From Paragordius varius (Eukaryota > Animalia > Nematomorpha): a DNA stretch of 64,000 bases. The notes beneath the pieces were generated by a model. The model saw only the letters and a program-made list of their open reading frames with translations, was not told where the DNA came from and made no database searches. The position numbers and the translations under genes were made by a program. The stretch lies in the NCBI GenBank assembly GCA_964247055.1, contig OZ176052.1, forward strand, positions 4,092,001 to 4,156,000. The letters are read 5' to 3'. This document shows, one piece after another, positions 52,218-64,000 of this stretch. Every line of letters begins with the position of its first letter. Position 1 is the stretch's first letter.

Positions 52218-55200
52218 ATGAATTTTGACCCTCTTTTAGTTAAAGCTTTGCAATTAATTAAAGGCAGGGATGATGGGACTGTTACCACGCAATTAGAAGA
52301 TATTCTGGAAGAATTAATTGTAAAGTATAATCATATAGAGGTAATGATATATTCTAAAACTATTAGAAAAAAGAAGTTATTGTCACGACGGATGTAGAAA
52401 AGGTTAATTAATTTATATAAGTTAAGATTAAACGAGATCTAATTGATTTAGGTGGTGGAAGTTTGAATAAAAAAACAAAAACTAAAAATAAGGTTTTAAT
52501 TTATATATATCTAAGGAAATTGATAATACAGATTTATCAGATATATTTGGTGATGTAAAAGATTTAGACGTAAATGATGATGATTTAAATATATCAATTG
52601 CTAATGTTTGTGTGGTTTGTAGGTAATGTTAATTTTATATTAATTAGAAAATCAAAAAACGAATTTGGCGATCAGCTTATCGAATGTCAAGATTGCCATG
52701 ATTCCTATCACCAAGTATTTCGTTATAATATTTGTTTGATAATTTAACGTATATTATGCAATCTAAAAATGATAAATTATATATCTTGAGTTTTATACCC
52801 TTAGCCTTCAATATCTAAAAAATATTAACAATATGCATATTCAATCTATGACCCTTTACACTACGGGTCTCCAACACAATTGAATTCGCGGGCCGCATTT
52901 TGCGATAAAAAAAGTCGACGGGCCGCATTCGCAAAATATATGGAAATTGAAATATTTTATCACATTTCAAAAATAACACCCTATAAATTAATAAAATAAT
53001 ATATTAATTTTAGCTAGTTCATTTGCGAAATTCGTGACGATTTATTCAGAAAATTGATTTATATATAAATTTTACCTAAATTTTGTAAAATTTTAAATTA
53101 TTCGCGGATTTTCGAAGGGCCATATATATAATGTAATTAAAAAAGCTTTTTGCCGCATTTTTTTTAAATTCTTGAATATAAATACATTGCATTTTATTTA
53201 ATTCCAAATTCAGGGTAAATGTTAGTTCTTAGCAGCTTTTATTTTATTATAAAGGATTTGGGACAAAAAAACCTCCATTATTCTCTATACAAAAATGGCA
53301 AGATAATATAATGTTAAAAATAATAACCAAAACCGTATATTTTTAGTTTTAAAAAAATATATGATTTTAATTAGGATCTTAACACGTCGTAATCAAAAAT
53401 AAGTTTTCTGAGTTATTAATTACAACTTTTTATTAACAACATTAATAAGTTAATAATATTAAATTGGAAAAAATTAGTTTGAAACAAAAAAAGTCGCTTT
53501 TGAGTATTATTTTTATTTTAAGTGAATAAATATATAATAAATTATGAAAATTAGGTTAAAAAATAATAAAAAAATCCAAAATTATCGTTAATTCAAACTT
53601 AAAATGCACTGATTTGAAGTGTGTAAGGACCAACTTTAAATGTTCAAGGACACTCTTAGAGTGCAAATGGTTTATCTGATTATATTGTTCTCCGCTTCTT
53701 TTCTAATAAAAAACGTTCTAGGAATATATCTGTATGGTTAGATAAAATATCTTTTTAAAAATTCTTTTCGAAAAACGCATTTCTGATTAATTTACAATTT
53801 TTCGTTTATTTTATACTTTTATCTGTGTGTGTTGTCTTTGTAACTTTTCAATAATTACAGAGAAATATAAAATGTGTTTATCTAATGGCGACCGAAATAA
53901 CATTTATTAAGGTCTCAATTAAAATATTTCCATTTTTTGATTTTTCACTCAATACAGAATTGTCATACACCATCCATTACTGAAAATGTGAATGACCCCA
54001 GATTTGTTTGGTATTGTTTCAATTGTTCATCACCAACCCCTACTAAAACCAATAATTTCAACAATGTTAATTACATAAATCCTGGAAATAACAATTTTAA
54101 CAATAATAATAGTAATAATTTAAATAAGTTTGCAATATCAAATCAAGGAAAGATGCATTTAAACACTAAAACCAATAACTCACTTCCATTAACATTGAAA
54201 CATTCTAAAAATGTATCGTCTAATAATCACAAACCCCAAGTTAACCCTATTACTAAAGCAATACCAAGCGGAAATTTAAAGGGTATTCACATATTTTTTA
54301 TACTTTTTTCAGACAAAAAAGCATTTGGATTAACATGCCGCTTTTTTAACTTTACACAATAATTTATGTAACGATAAAATAATTTTTTTTAAAGGCATTA
54401 CTGGTATTACAAATATCGACGCCACAAACCTTAATAAAAAACGGATAATTGATATCGATTTTATGGGAAACATTAACAGTAATAATAGCAACAATGTTAA
54501 CATTAAACCTCGTTACTTTGCAGTAAGTTGTGGGGTGCCCACAGTCTCAAATCATCCATCATCCCTCCTAGTGAGCAATGCTAAAACGACCAAAACATTA
54601 TCATTTACTAGTATCACCAATAATACAAAAGTATTTTCAGCTATGAAATCAGTCAATACTAATAATAATACCAATAATAATAATAATCAATCTTTCAACA
54701 TAAACAGCAACATTATAAAACGTAAAGTATCTGACCCTAGCACTGCGATTGGCAATGTTTCCAGTTCCAATAATATTTCTGTCATGAACAAAACGAATAC
54801 GGGTAATTATATACATAATACTTTTTTATACGAAATTACAGTTTTTTTAAACAATTTATTGTTGTGGAATAACAAATATTTTGGTTATTTAAACCAGTAA
54901 ATTTTCTGACAGATTGAAACATCTAGCACACAAATACATTTTTAATTTAATTTCATACGTATTAATAATAAATATAGATGGTTAACTTTGCATAATTATT
55001 ACTAAGAATCGCCGTTATACAGTTTATTTAATATACCGGTTTAACTATATAATAAATTTTAGATAAACAGTGAATTTATCATTTTTATTGGTTTAATGTG
55101 TCCAACACGCGGCCTGCGAAAGTTTTGAACTTTTGTAATTTGCCAAATACGTTCATAAACTCTTTTTAAAATGGGAGGTTCTTTTGTCGATTTTTAATAT

Positions 55201-55554
55201 CAATCTATACGATGGCAACAGAAAAATTGTTATATTGTATATGCATTTTACAGTCTTATGCTTGAATTCTTATAAAATATCTTTTATTTGTTGTTGAACA
55301 TCTCTGCTTTTAAATTTCAATCAATAATATATCATAAATCTATTTTTTTGTATAATCATTTACATTTAATAAAATTTTCATATTTATTGAATTTTCGTAA
55401 AAAATTATTAGCTATGAATGCATCTCAAAACAACCCCATAAGAAAAATGTCCAGTTCATCAAACTCAAATGCCTTGCAGAATGCTCAAGCGCCTCCAACT
55501 ATGAAAGATTTTGAGAAAAGATTACAGGCCCTTAAGAAAAAACGAATGTTTTGA
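52218..55554 (+). CDS. INTS12: Integrator complex subunit 12 (PHD finger), 8 exons
   Basis: MNFDPLLVKALQLI resembles LDPIFLKALGFL. PHD finger CVVCRK....DQLIECQDCHDSYHQNCH.P....NDPRFVWYCFNC. C-terminal EKRLQALKKK. Exons 52218-52340, 52367-52402, 52427-52492, 52516-52622, 52648-~52714, 53958-54282, 54395-54802, 55412-55554 are all in phase. Confidence 0.9.
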
Positions 55555-56040
55555 ATTAAAATATGTTTTGCAAATATATTCATAAATTGTTATATATTAA
55601 TCATTTGTTTAATTGTGAAAATTAGTGTGTGGTTAGATATTAGGGAAAGTATAAGGCAGCATCTGGGTGAGATTCTAACAGCTTAATAAAAAACCTATAT
55701 CTTTGAGAATCTTAAAACATTTTTAAATTAATTTAACTTTGAAAAGTTATATTAGTATAAATAAAACTAAATAATATTTTCATATTATTTGTAAGCGATA
55801 AAAGTAAAAGACAATCTTTACCAGTCCTTAACCGTGCAATAAATTTATAGTGTTAAGTAGGTTGTTAATGTTAATAGAATTACGAAATGTTTTTCGATAT
55901 ATATATATATATATATATTATGATAGGAAAACAATCAATTCGAAAAAATATTACGCACATCATAAACATATAGAAAGAAAAATAATTTTTATTAGACTTG
56001 GGGTGTGAGTCCACAATTTTTTCTTCATAGTTTAGTTCGA

Positions 56041-57192
56041 TTAACACTTGAAAACAACACATCTATTTTAGTCATCCGATTCAATTTGAGCTCTTTGAGG
56101 ATTTCAGGCCTGAAATCTAAATATTTCTAATATAGGATAATGCTAAATATAAATTCATTCAAACAACTTGATATTGCTTATTTTATGGATAAACGTCATG
56201 GTAAAAATTTAGTCAACATGCTATTTGTACATAAATATAGAAATAATGCAAACCCACTTTTCTGTTTATGTTAATGTTAAATGTGATAATTAAAAAGTAA
56301 ACAATATTTTAGCCTAGGAATCAAATAAACATGATGCTTTAAAATGGTTATTAAATAAAAATGGTGTCGAACTAGTTTGATACGAACTATTTTTTAAAAC
56401 TATGTGTATTTGGCTTATTTATATAATTTTACTAGCGTAAATCTCGTGCTGCTACGCAGCCCGAGGAAGTCCTTCGGACTTCTGGGGGGTTCGAAGTTTG
56501 GATTTTATTGGGTCTACCGGTTTTCCGGTACCATATCACAAAGTCACATGAAAATCAGTTTTTAGCGGGTAGCTCCTTGCCCAGCAGATATCATCATAGA
56601 AACGCTTGACTAAAATTTTTGCCTTTTAACAGGGAATACGTGGAATCCATATTGAATTTTTACGGTCTCATACCTAGGGCGAAAAATAGATTTAAAAAAT
56701 TATTTTTGTGGACTTTGTTTTTTGAAAAAAATGGCATTTTACGGGGGGAGCGGGTAAAAAGAGGGCCTAAATCAAAAAAGTCACTCGACTATGTTCGGCG
56801 CAATCGAAAATAAGTAAACAAAAATTATATTTGAAATTAAATGATCCAACACGTTCTCCAGAAAATTGTCTCAAAGACACGATTTTTGTGGACTTCTGTT
56901 TTCAAAAAAAACCCGTTTTTATACGGGGTGGGCCCGAACTGGGGGCCTATTTCAAAAAAAGGGCGAAGCTATTGTCGGGGCATTCATTAATGATTATATT
57001 TTTTCGAAGTTTGGATTTGAATGGGTCTACCGTTTTTCCTGTACCAGATCACAAAACCAGCATTTTTCATTTTTATAAATATATAGATTAGGAAGTATAA
57101 ATATAAATTTGAAGCGTCTATTTCAGTTTTTTTTATAATTATCAACTTAAAGATAGTGTGGGGTTACTAAGTCCAACAAAAAGAAGTGTAAA
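56041..57192. mobile_element. Older, degenerate copy 4 of the TTAA MITE family, split by a Helitron
   Basis: Begins TTAACACTTGAAAAACAACAC. MITE sequence stops at 56431 and resumes collinearly at 57088, ending ...GAAGTGTAAAA. Confidence 0.65.
56432..57087 (-). mobile_element. Complete non-autonomous Helitron, 656 bp
   Basis: Minus strand: 5' A|TCTATATATTTATAAAAATG; 3' hairpins GAAGTCC-GAA-GGACTTC and CTCGGGCTGC-GTA-GCAGCACGAG, then CTAG|T. Inserted between A and T with no target duplication. Confidence 0.9.
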
Positions 57193-57677
57193 AATAAACG
57201 AACAATGTCGACATTTCACGGAAATAATTTTTAATATTTTAAATTTTGACATCAAAAAAAGTTGCCAAAACTGGTGATATTGTCAAAGAAATTTATTTAT
57301 AGCATAATTTGGTTGAAGTGTACTTCATATTATTTTACATGATGGAAACAAAAATTTCGTCGAGATAAATAAGACCTTTTCTATGGGATTCTGAAGTTTT
57401 ATTATTTCAGATAATGTAATTATTCAAAATTCCAAGTTGATAGAAATGTTTAGCATCATCAATTTTAAAATTTTTATTTTTTAGCATTTTATACCGTTTT
57501 CATTATTTCTTAAAATAGTATGAAATACAACAAAATTTTGCTGAAATGTTAAATTTTGAAACAAAATTTCCTTTTTAATAAATTAATGTTAGCTGATATC
57601 AAAATTTAGTATGGCATGGCATTTATTTTAAGAAAAGTCCGTTTTAAATAGAAAAAGGGATTTTCGGAGCTCAAATC

Positions 57678-57940
57678 TTAAAATGTTTTGCTTTTTATAT
57701 GGGTATGATATATTTCAATGATATTTTTTGGAATGAATAAATAAGCGCTCATATCATCGTGTGAGATGGAAGACTTATCATAATGTGAAAAACTTCTTAA
57801 ATCCCTCGTAAGAGCCAAAACAAAGGGATAAACTGATACAGAACATGGATACATCAGGATATTTTTTGTACAATGTTTTATTGGCGATTTTATGAAAAAC
57901 ATTTGGTTGGTTGTATTTGTGAGATCTATAGTTGATATCT
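57678..57940 (-). pseudogene. Possible decayed DNA-transposase fragment
   Basis: Weak resemblance of FS*N...VQ, VYPFV and SHDD.SAYLF to the DFSENY/HPFV/HD motif set of an invertebrate transposon-derived family. Weak evidence only. Confidence 0.3.
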
Positions 57941-58518
57941 TGCAAAAAAATAAATTTAAAACGATATCTTTAAATGCCTATGAACATGATTTTAAATTGT
58001 TAAAAACCCATAGTTACTTTGAGATAAACCTTTTACAATTCTTTCGTTATTAATAAATATAAACGAAATTTACAGTTTAAATCATTAAAATTTCTTTTTT
58101 ATACAACCATATCTTTTTTATATTTAAATCATCTCTTTGGGTTGCAAATGGAAAATTAGAAATGTAAATTGGTAATGATTTAGGTTATAAAAAATATGGT
58201 TGTTTTTTATAAAAATATTTATCTTTTAGTTTTTTCTTTTTGTTCTTTTAATAATATACTGTAATACATTATTTAATCGTTATTATACAAATTGTTTATA
58301 TGAGGAGCATTAACCGAGATAGCAACAATCATTTTTAAATTTAATGTTTTCAAAATTTAACATTTAAATTTAAATTTTAATGTTTTAATACTCTAATGTA
58401 ATTTAGCAGCTCGGATACTGGCCATTCAATTATAGGCTTTCATCAAAACATCATTCCAAATAATTGTCAACTCGTATATAAACGCCTTAATCTTGATCTA
58501 TCTTGTTGCGGAAGATTG

Positions 58519-61500
58519 GCGGTTTCGGTGAGGGATGGATGGAAAACAGAATAATGGGAAAATCTAATAAGACAGTTGCATCAATTTAGTCAAGTCTAAC
58601 ATTAAACCGTCCGGCAAAATCTGTTTCGAATTGGTTCACATCCAAAACAACCGACATACAGTCTATCTATCCTGATACTGTTTCGTGGTGGTTTCGGTGA
58701 CGGATGGATGGAAAATAGAATAATGGGAAAATCTAATAAGACAGTTGCATTAATTTAGCCTTAGCCAAGCACATTAAACCGTCCGGCAAAATCTGTTTCG
58801 AATTGGTTCACATCCAAAACAACCGACATACAGTCTATCTATCCTGATACTGTTTCGTGGTGGTTTCGGTGACGGATGGATGTAAAACAGAATAATGGGA
58901 AAATCTAATAAGACAGTTGCATTAATTAAGCCAAGCCTAACATTAAACCGTCCAACAAAATCTGTTTCGAATTAGTTTCCACCCAAAACAACCAACATAC
59001 ACTCTATCTATCCTGATACTGTTTCGTGGTGGTTTCGGTGACGGATGGATGGAAAATAGAATAATGGGAAAATCTAATAAGACAGTTGCATTAATTAAGC
59101 CAAGCCTAACATTAAACCGTCCAACAAAATCTGTTTCGAATTAGTTTCCACCCAAAACAACCAACATACACTCTATCTATCCTGATACTGTTTCGTGGTG
59201 GTTTCGGTGACGGATGGATGGAAAATAGAATAATGGGAAAATCTAATAAGACAGTTGCATTAATTAAGCCAAGCCTAACATTAAACCGTCCGGCAAAATC
59301 TGTTTCGAATTAGTTTCCACCCAAAACAACCAACATACACTCTATCTATCCTGATACTGTTTCGTGGTGGTTTCGGTGACGGATGGATGGAAAATAGAAT
59401 AATGGGAAAATCTAATAAGACAGTTGCATTAATTAAGCCAAGCCTAACATTAAACCGTCCAACAAAATCTGTTTCGAATTAGTTTCCACCCAAAACAACC
59501 AACATACACTCTATCTATCCTGATACTGTTTCGTGGTGGTTTCGGTGACGGATGGATGGAAAATAGAATAATGGGAAAATCTAATAAGACAGTTGCATTA
59601 ATTAAGCCAAGCCTAACATTAAACCGTCCAACAAAATCTGTTTCGAATTAGTTTCCACCCAAAACAACCAACATACACTCTATCTATCCTGATACTGTTT
59701 CGTGGTGGTTTCGGTGACGGATGGATGGAAAATAGAATAATGGGAAAATCTAAAAAGACAGTTGCATTAATTAAGCCAAGCCTAACATTAAACCGTCGGG
59801 CAAAATCTGTTTCGAATTAGTTTCCACCCAAAACAACCAACATACACTCTATCTATCCTGATACTGTTTCGTGGTGGTTTCGGTGACGGATGGATGGAAA
59901 ATAGAATAATGGGAAAATCTAATAAGACAGTTGCATTAATTAAGCCAAGCCTAACATTAAACCGTCCAACAAAATCTGTTTCGAATTAGTTTCCACCCAA
60001 AACAACCAACATACACTCTATCTATCCTGATACTGTTTCGTGGTGGTTTCGGTGACGGATGGATGGAAAATAGAATAATGGGAAAATCTAATAAGACAGT
60101 TGCATTAATTAAGCCAAGCCTAACATTAAACCGTCCAACAAAATCTGTTTCGAATTAGTTTCCACCCAAAACAACCAACATACACTCTATCTATCCTGAT
60201 ACTGTTTCGTGGTGGTTTCGGTGACGGATGGATGGAAAATAGAATAATGGGAAAATCTAATAAGACAGTTGCACTTATTAAGCCAAGCCTAACATTAAAC
60301 CGTCGGGCAAAATCTGTTTCGAATTAGTTTCCACCCAAAACAACCAACATACACTCTATCTATCCTGATACTGTTTCGTGGTGGTTTCGGTGACGGATGG
60401 ATGGAAAATAGAATAATGGGAAAATCTAATAAGACAGTTGCATTAATTAAGCCAAGCCTAACATTAAACCGTCCAACAAAATCTGTTTCGAATTAGTTTC
60501 CACCCAAAACAACCAACATACACTCTATCTATCCTGATACTGTTTCGTGGTGGTTTCGGTGACGGATGGATGGAAAATAGAATAATGGGAAAATCTAATA
60601 AGACAGTTGCACTTATTAAGCCAAGCCTAACATTAAACCGTCCAACAAAATCTGTTTCGAATTAGTTTCCACCCAAAACAACCAACATACACTCTATCTA
60701 TCCTGATACTGTTTCGTGGTGGTTTCGGTGACGGATGGATGGAAAATAGAATAATGGGAAAATCTATTAAGACAGTTGCACTTATTAAGCCAAGCCTAAC
60801 ATTAAACCGTCCAACAAAATCTGTTTCGAATTAGTTCCCACCCAAAACAACCAACATACACTCTATCTATCCTGATACTGTTTCGTGGTGGTTTCGGTGA
60901 CGGATGGATGGAAAATAGAATAATGGGAAAATCTAATAAGACAGTTGCATTAATTTAGCCTTAGCCAAGCACATTAAACCGTCCAGCAAAATCTGTTTCG
61001 AATTAGTTCACACCCAAAACAACCAACATACACTCTATCTATCCTGATACTGTTTCGTGGTGGTTTCGGTGACGGATGGATGGAAAATAGAATAATGGGA
61101 AAATCTAACAGTTGCACTTATTAAGCCAAGCCTAACATTAAACCGTCCAACGAAATCTGTTTCGAATTAGTTCCCACCCAAAACAACCAACATACACTCT
61201 ATCTATCCTGATACTGTTTCGTGGTGGTTTCGGTGACGGATGGATGGAAAATAGAATAATGGGAAAATCTAATAAGACAGTTGCACTTATTAAGCCAAGC
61301 CTAACATTAAACCGTCCAACAAAATCTGTTTCGAATTAGTTCCCACCCAAAACAACCAACATACACTCTATCTATCCTGATACTGTTTCGTGGTGGTTTC
61401 GGTGACGGATGGATGTAAAACAGAATAATGGGAAAATCTAATAAGACAGTTGCATCAATTTAGCCAAGTCTAACTAACCGTCCGGCAAAATCTGTTTTTA

Positions 61501-64000
61501 GTTCACACCCAAAACAACCGACATACATTCTATCCTGATACTGTTTCGTGGTGGTTTCGGTGACGGATGGGTAGAAAATAGAATAATGGGAAAATCTAAT
61601 AAGACAGTTGCACTTATTAAGCCAAGCCTAACATTAAACCGTCCAACAAAATCTGTTTCGAATTAGTTCCCACCCAAAACAACCAACATACACTCTATCT
61701 ATCCTGATACTTTTTCGTGGAGGTTTCGGCGACGAATGGATGGAAAATAGAATAATGGGAAAATCTAATAAGACAGTTGCATTGGCCAAGTCTAAAATTA
61801 AACCGTTTAGCAAAATCTGTTTCGAATTGGTTCACACCCAAAACAACCGACATACATTCTATCTATCCTGATACTGTTTCGTGGTGGTTTCGGTGACGGA
61901 TGGATGGAAAATAGAATAATGGGAAAATCTAATAAGACAGTTGCATTCATTAAGTCAAGCCTAACATTAAACCGTCCGGCAAAATCTGTTTTTAGTTCTC
62001 ACCCAAAACAACCAACATACACTCTATCTATCCTGATACTGTTTCGTGGTTCGGTGACGGATGGATGGAAAATAGAATAATGGGAAAATCTAATAAGACA
62101 GTTGCATTAATTAAGCCAAGCCTAACATTAAACCGTCCAGCAAAATCTGTTTCGAATTAGTTCACACCCAAAACAACCAACATACACTCTATCTATCCTG
62201 ATACTTTTTCGTGGAGGTTTCGGCGACGAATGGATGGAAAATAGAATAATGGGAAAATCTAATAAGACAGTTGCATTGGCCAAGTCTAAAATTAAACCGT
62301 TTAGCAAAATCTGTTTCGAATTGGTTCACACCCAAAACAACCGACATACATTCTATCTATCCTGATACTGTTTCGTGGTGGTTTCGGTGACGGATGGATG
62401 GAAAATAGAATAATGGGAAAATCTAATAAGACAGTTGCATTAATTAAGCCAAGCCTAACATTAAACCGTCCAGCAAAATCTGTTTCGAATTAGTTCATAC
62501 CCAAAACAACCGACATACACTCTATCTATCCTGATACTGTTTCGTGGTAGTTTCGGTGACGGATGGATGGAAAATAGAATAATGGGAAAATCTGATAAGA
62601 CAGTTGCATCAATTTAACCAAGTCTAACATTAAACCGTCCGGCAAAATCTGTTTTTAGTTCACACCCAAAACAACCAACATACACTCTATCTATCCTGAT
62701 ACTGTTTCGTGGTAGTTTCGGTGACGGATGGATGGAAAATAGAATAATGGGAAAATCTGATAAGACAGTTGCATCAATTTAACCAAGTCTAACATTAAAC
62801 AGTCCGGCAAAATCTGTTTATAGTTCATACCCAAAACAACCAACATACACTCTATCTATCCTGATACTGTTTCGTGGTAGTTTCGGTGACGGATGGATGG
62901 AAAATAGAATAATGGGAAAATCTGATAAGACAGTTGCATCAATTTAACCAAGTCTAACATTAAACAGTCCGGCAAAATCTGTTTTTGGTTCATACCCAAA
63001 ACAACCAACCTACACTCTATCTATCCTGAGACTGTTTCGTGGTAGTTTCGGTGACGGATGGATGGAAAATAGAATAATGGGAAAATCTGATAAGACAGTT
63101 GCATCAATTTAACCAAGTCTAACATTAAACCGTCCGGCAAAATCTGTTTTTAGTTCATACCCAAAACAACCAACATACACTCTATCTATCCTGATACTGT
63201 TCCGTGGTAGTTTCGGTGACGGATGGATGGAAAATAGAATAATGGGAAAATCTGATAAGACAGCATCAATTTAACCAAGTCTAACATCAAACCGTCCGGC
63301 AAAATCTGTTTTTAGTTCATACCCAAAACAACCAACATACACTCTATCTATCCTGATACTGTTTCGTGGTAGTTTCGGTGACGGATGGATGGAAAATAGA
63401 ATAAGTGGAAAATCTGATAAGAGAGTTGCATCAATTTAACCAAGTCTAACATTCAACTGTCCGGCAAAATCTGTTTTTAGTTCATACCCAAAATCACCAA
63501 CAACACTCTATCTATCCTGATACTGTTTCGTGGTAGTTTCGGTGACGGATGGATGGAAAATAGAATAAGTGGAAAATCTGATAAGACAGTTGCAATAATT
63601 TAACCAAGTCTAACATTAAACTGTCCGGCAAAATCTGTTTTTAGTTCATACCCAAAATCACCAACAACACTCTATCTATCCTGATACTGTTTCGTGGTAG
63701 TTTCGGTGACGGATGGATGGAAAATAGAATAATGGGAAAATCTGATAAGACAGTTGCATCAATTTAACCAAGTCTAACATTAAACCGTCCGGCAAAATCT
63801 GTTTTTAGTTCATACCCAAAACAACCAACATACACTCTATCTATCCTGATACTGTTTCGTGGTAGTTTCGGTGACGGATGGATGGAAAATAGAATAATGG
63901 GAAAATCTGATAAGACAGTTGCATCAATTTAACCAAGTCTAACATTAAACCGTCCGGCAAAATCTGTTTTTAGTTTATACCCAAAACAACCAACATACAC
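58519..64000. repeat. Tandem satellite array, about 33 monomers of 169 bp (core) to 165 bp (distal), running off the window end
   Basis: CTGATACT anchor at 59013, 59182, 59351, 59520, 59689 (period 169). Distal GACAGTTG anchors at 63749 and 63914 (period 165). Confidence 0.98.

Noticed and set aside
58519-64000. Satellite as a hammerhead-ribozyme array (CTGATAC and GAAA motifs; cf. schistosome and newt satellites)
   Set aside because: The core needs CUGANGA, stem II, GAAA. The monomer has CTGATAC, there is no CTGA on the minus strand, and no stem II/III geometry fits.
58519-64000. Satellite as a spliced-leader RNA, 5S, tRNA or CRISPR array
   Set aside because: An Sm-like GATTTTG exists on the minus strand, but I found no convincing upstream leader/GT donor. 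There are no 5S or tRNA A/B boxes, no unique spacers and no cas genes. The period is not a multiple of 3, so it is not coding.

Overview
Very AT-rich animal genomic DNA read with the standard code. It holds six supportable protein-coding genes. (1) A DLC1/STARD13-like RhoGAP (+, 5' exon not found, ~12.2-18.6 kb). (2) An unknown coiled-coil gene (-, 21716-23632), head-to-head with (3) a YTHDC2-like R3H/DExH/ankyrin/HA2/OB/YTH gene (+, 23688-40589) whose helicase motifs II, III and VI are degenerate. (4) An intronless LAP1/LULL1 (TOR1AIP)-like gene (-). (5) RPB10/POLR2L (-), head-to-head with (6) INTS12 (+). The rest is eroded transposons (hAT, Harbinger, RTE LINEs, Helitrons, TA- and TTAA-MITEs, a 2-kb element with ~650-bp inverted arms) and a 169/165-bp satellite array from ~58.5 kb to the window end. 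Most striking: both divergent gene pairs have start codons only 24 and 55 nt apart, and the introns next to those starts are 23-27 nt long while downstream introns are hundreds to thousands of nt and full of transposons. Also notable are the probable pseudo-helicase YTHDC2 and a strand-asymmetric G-U hairpin conserved in the satellite monomer. Homology calls rest on motifs recalled from known families, not on database searches. Exon boundaries were inferred by hand from GT/AG sites and reading-frame phase.
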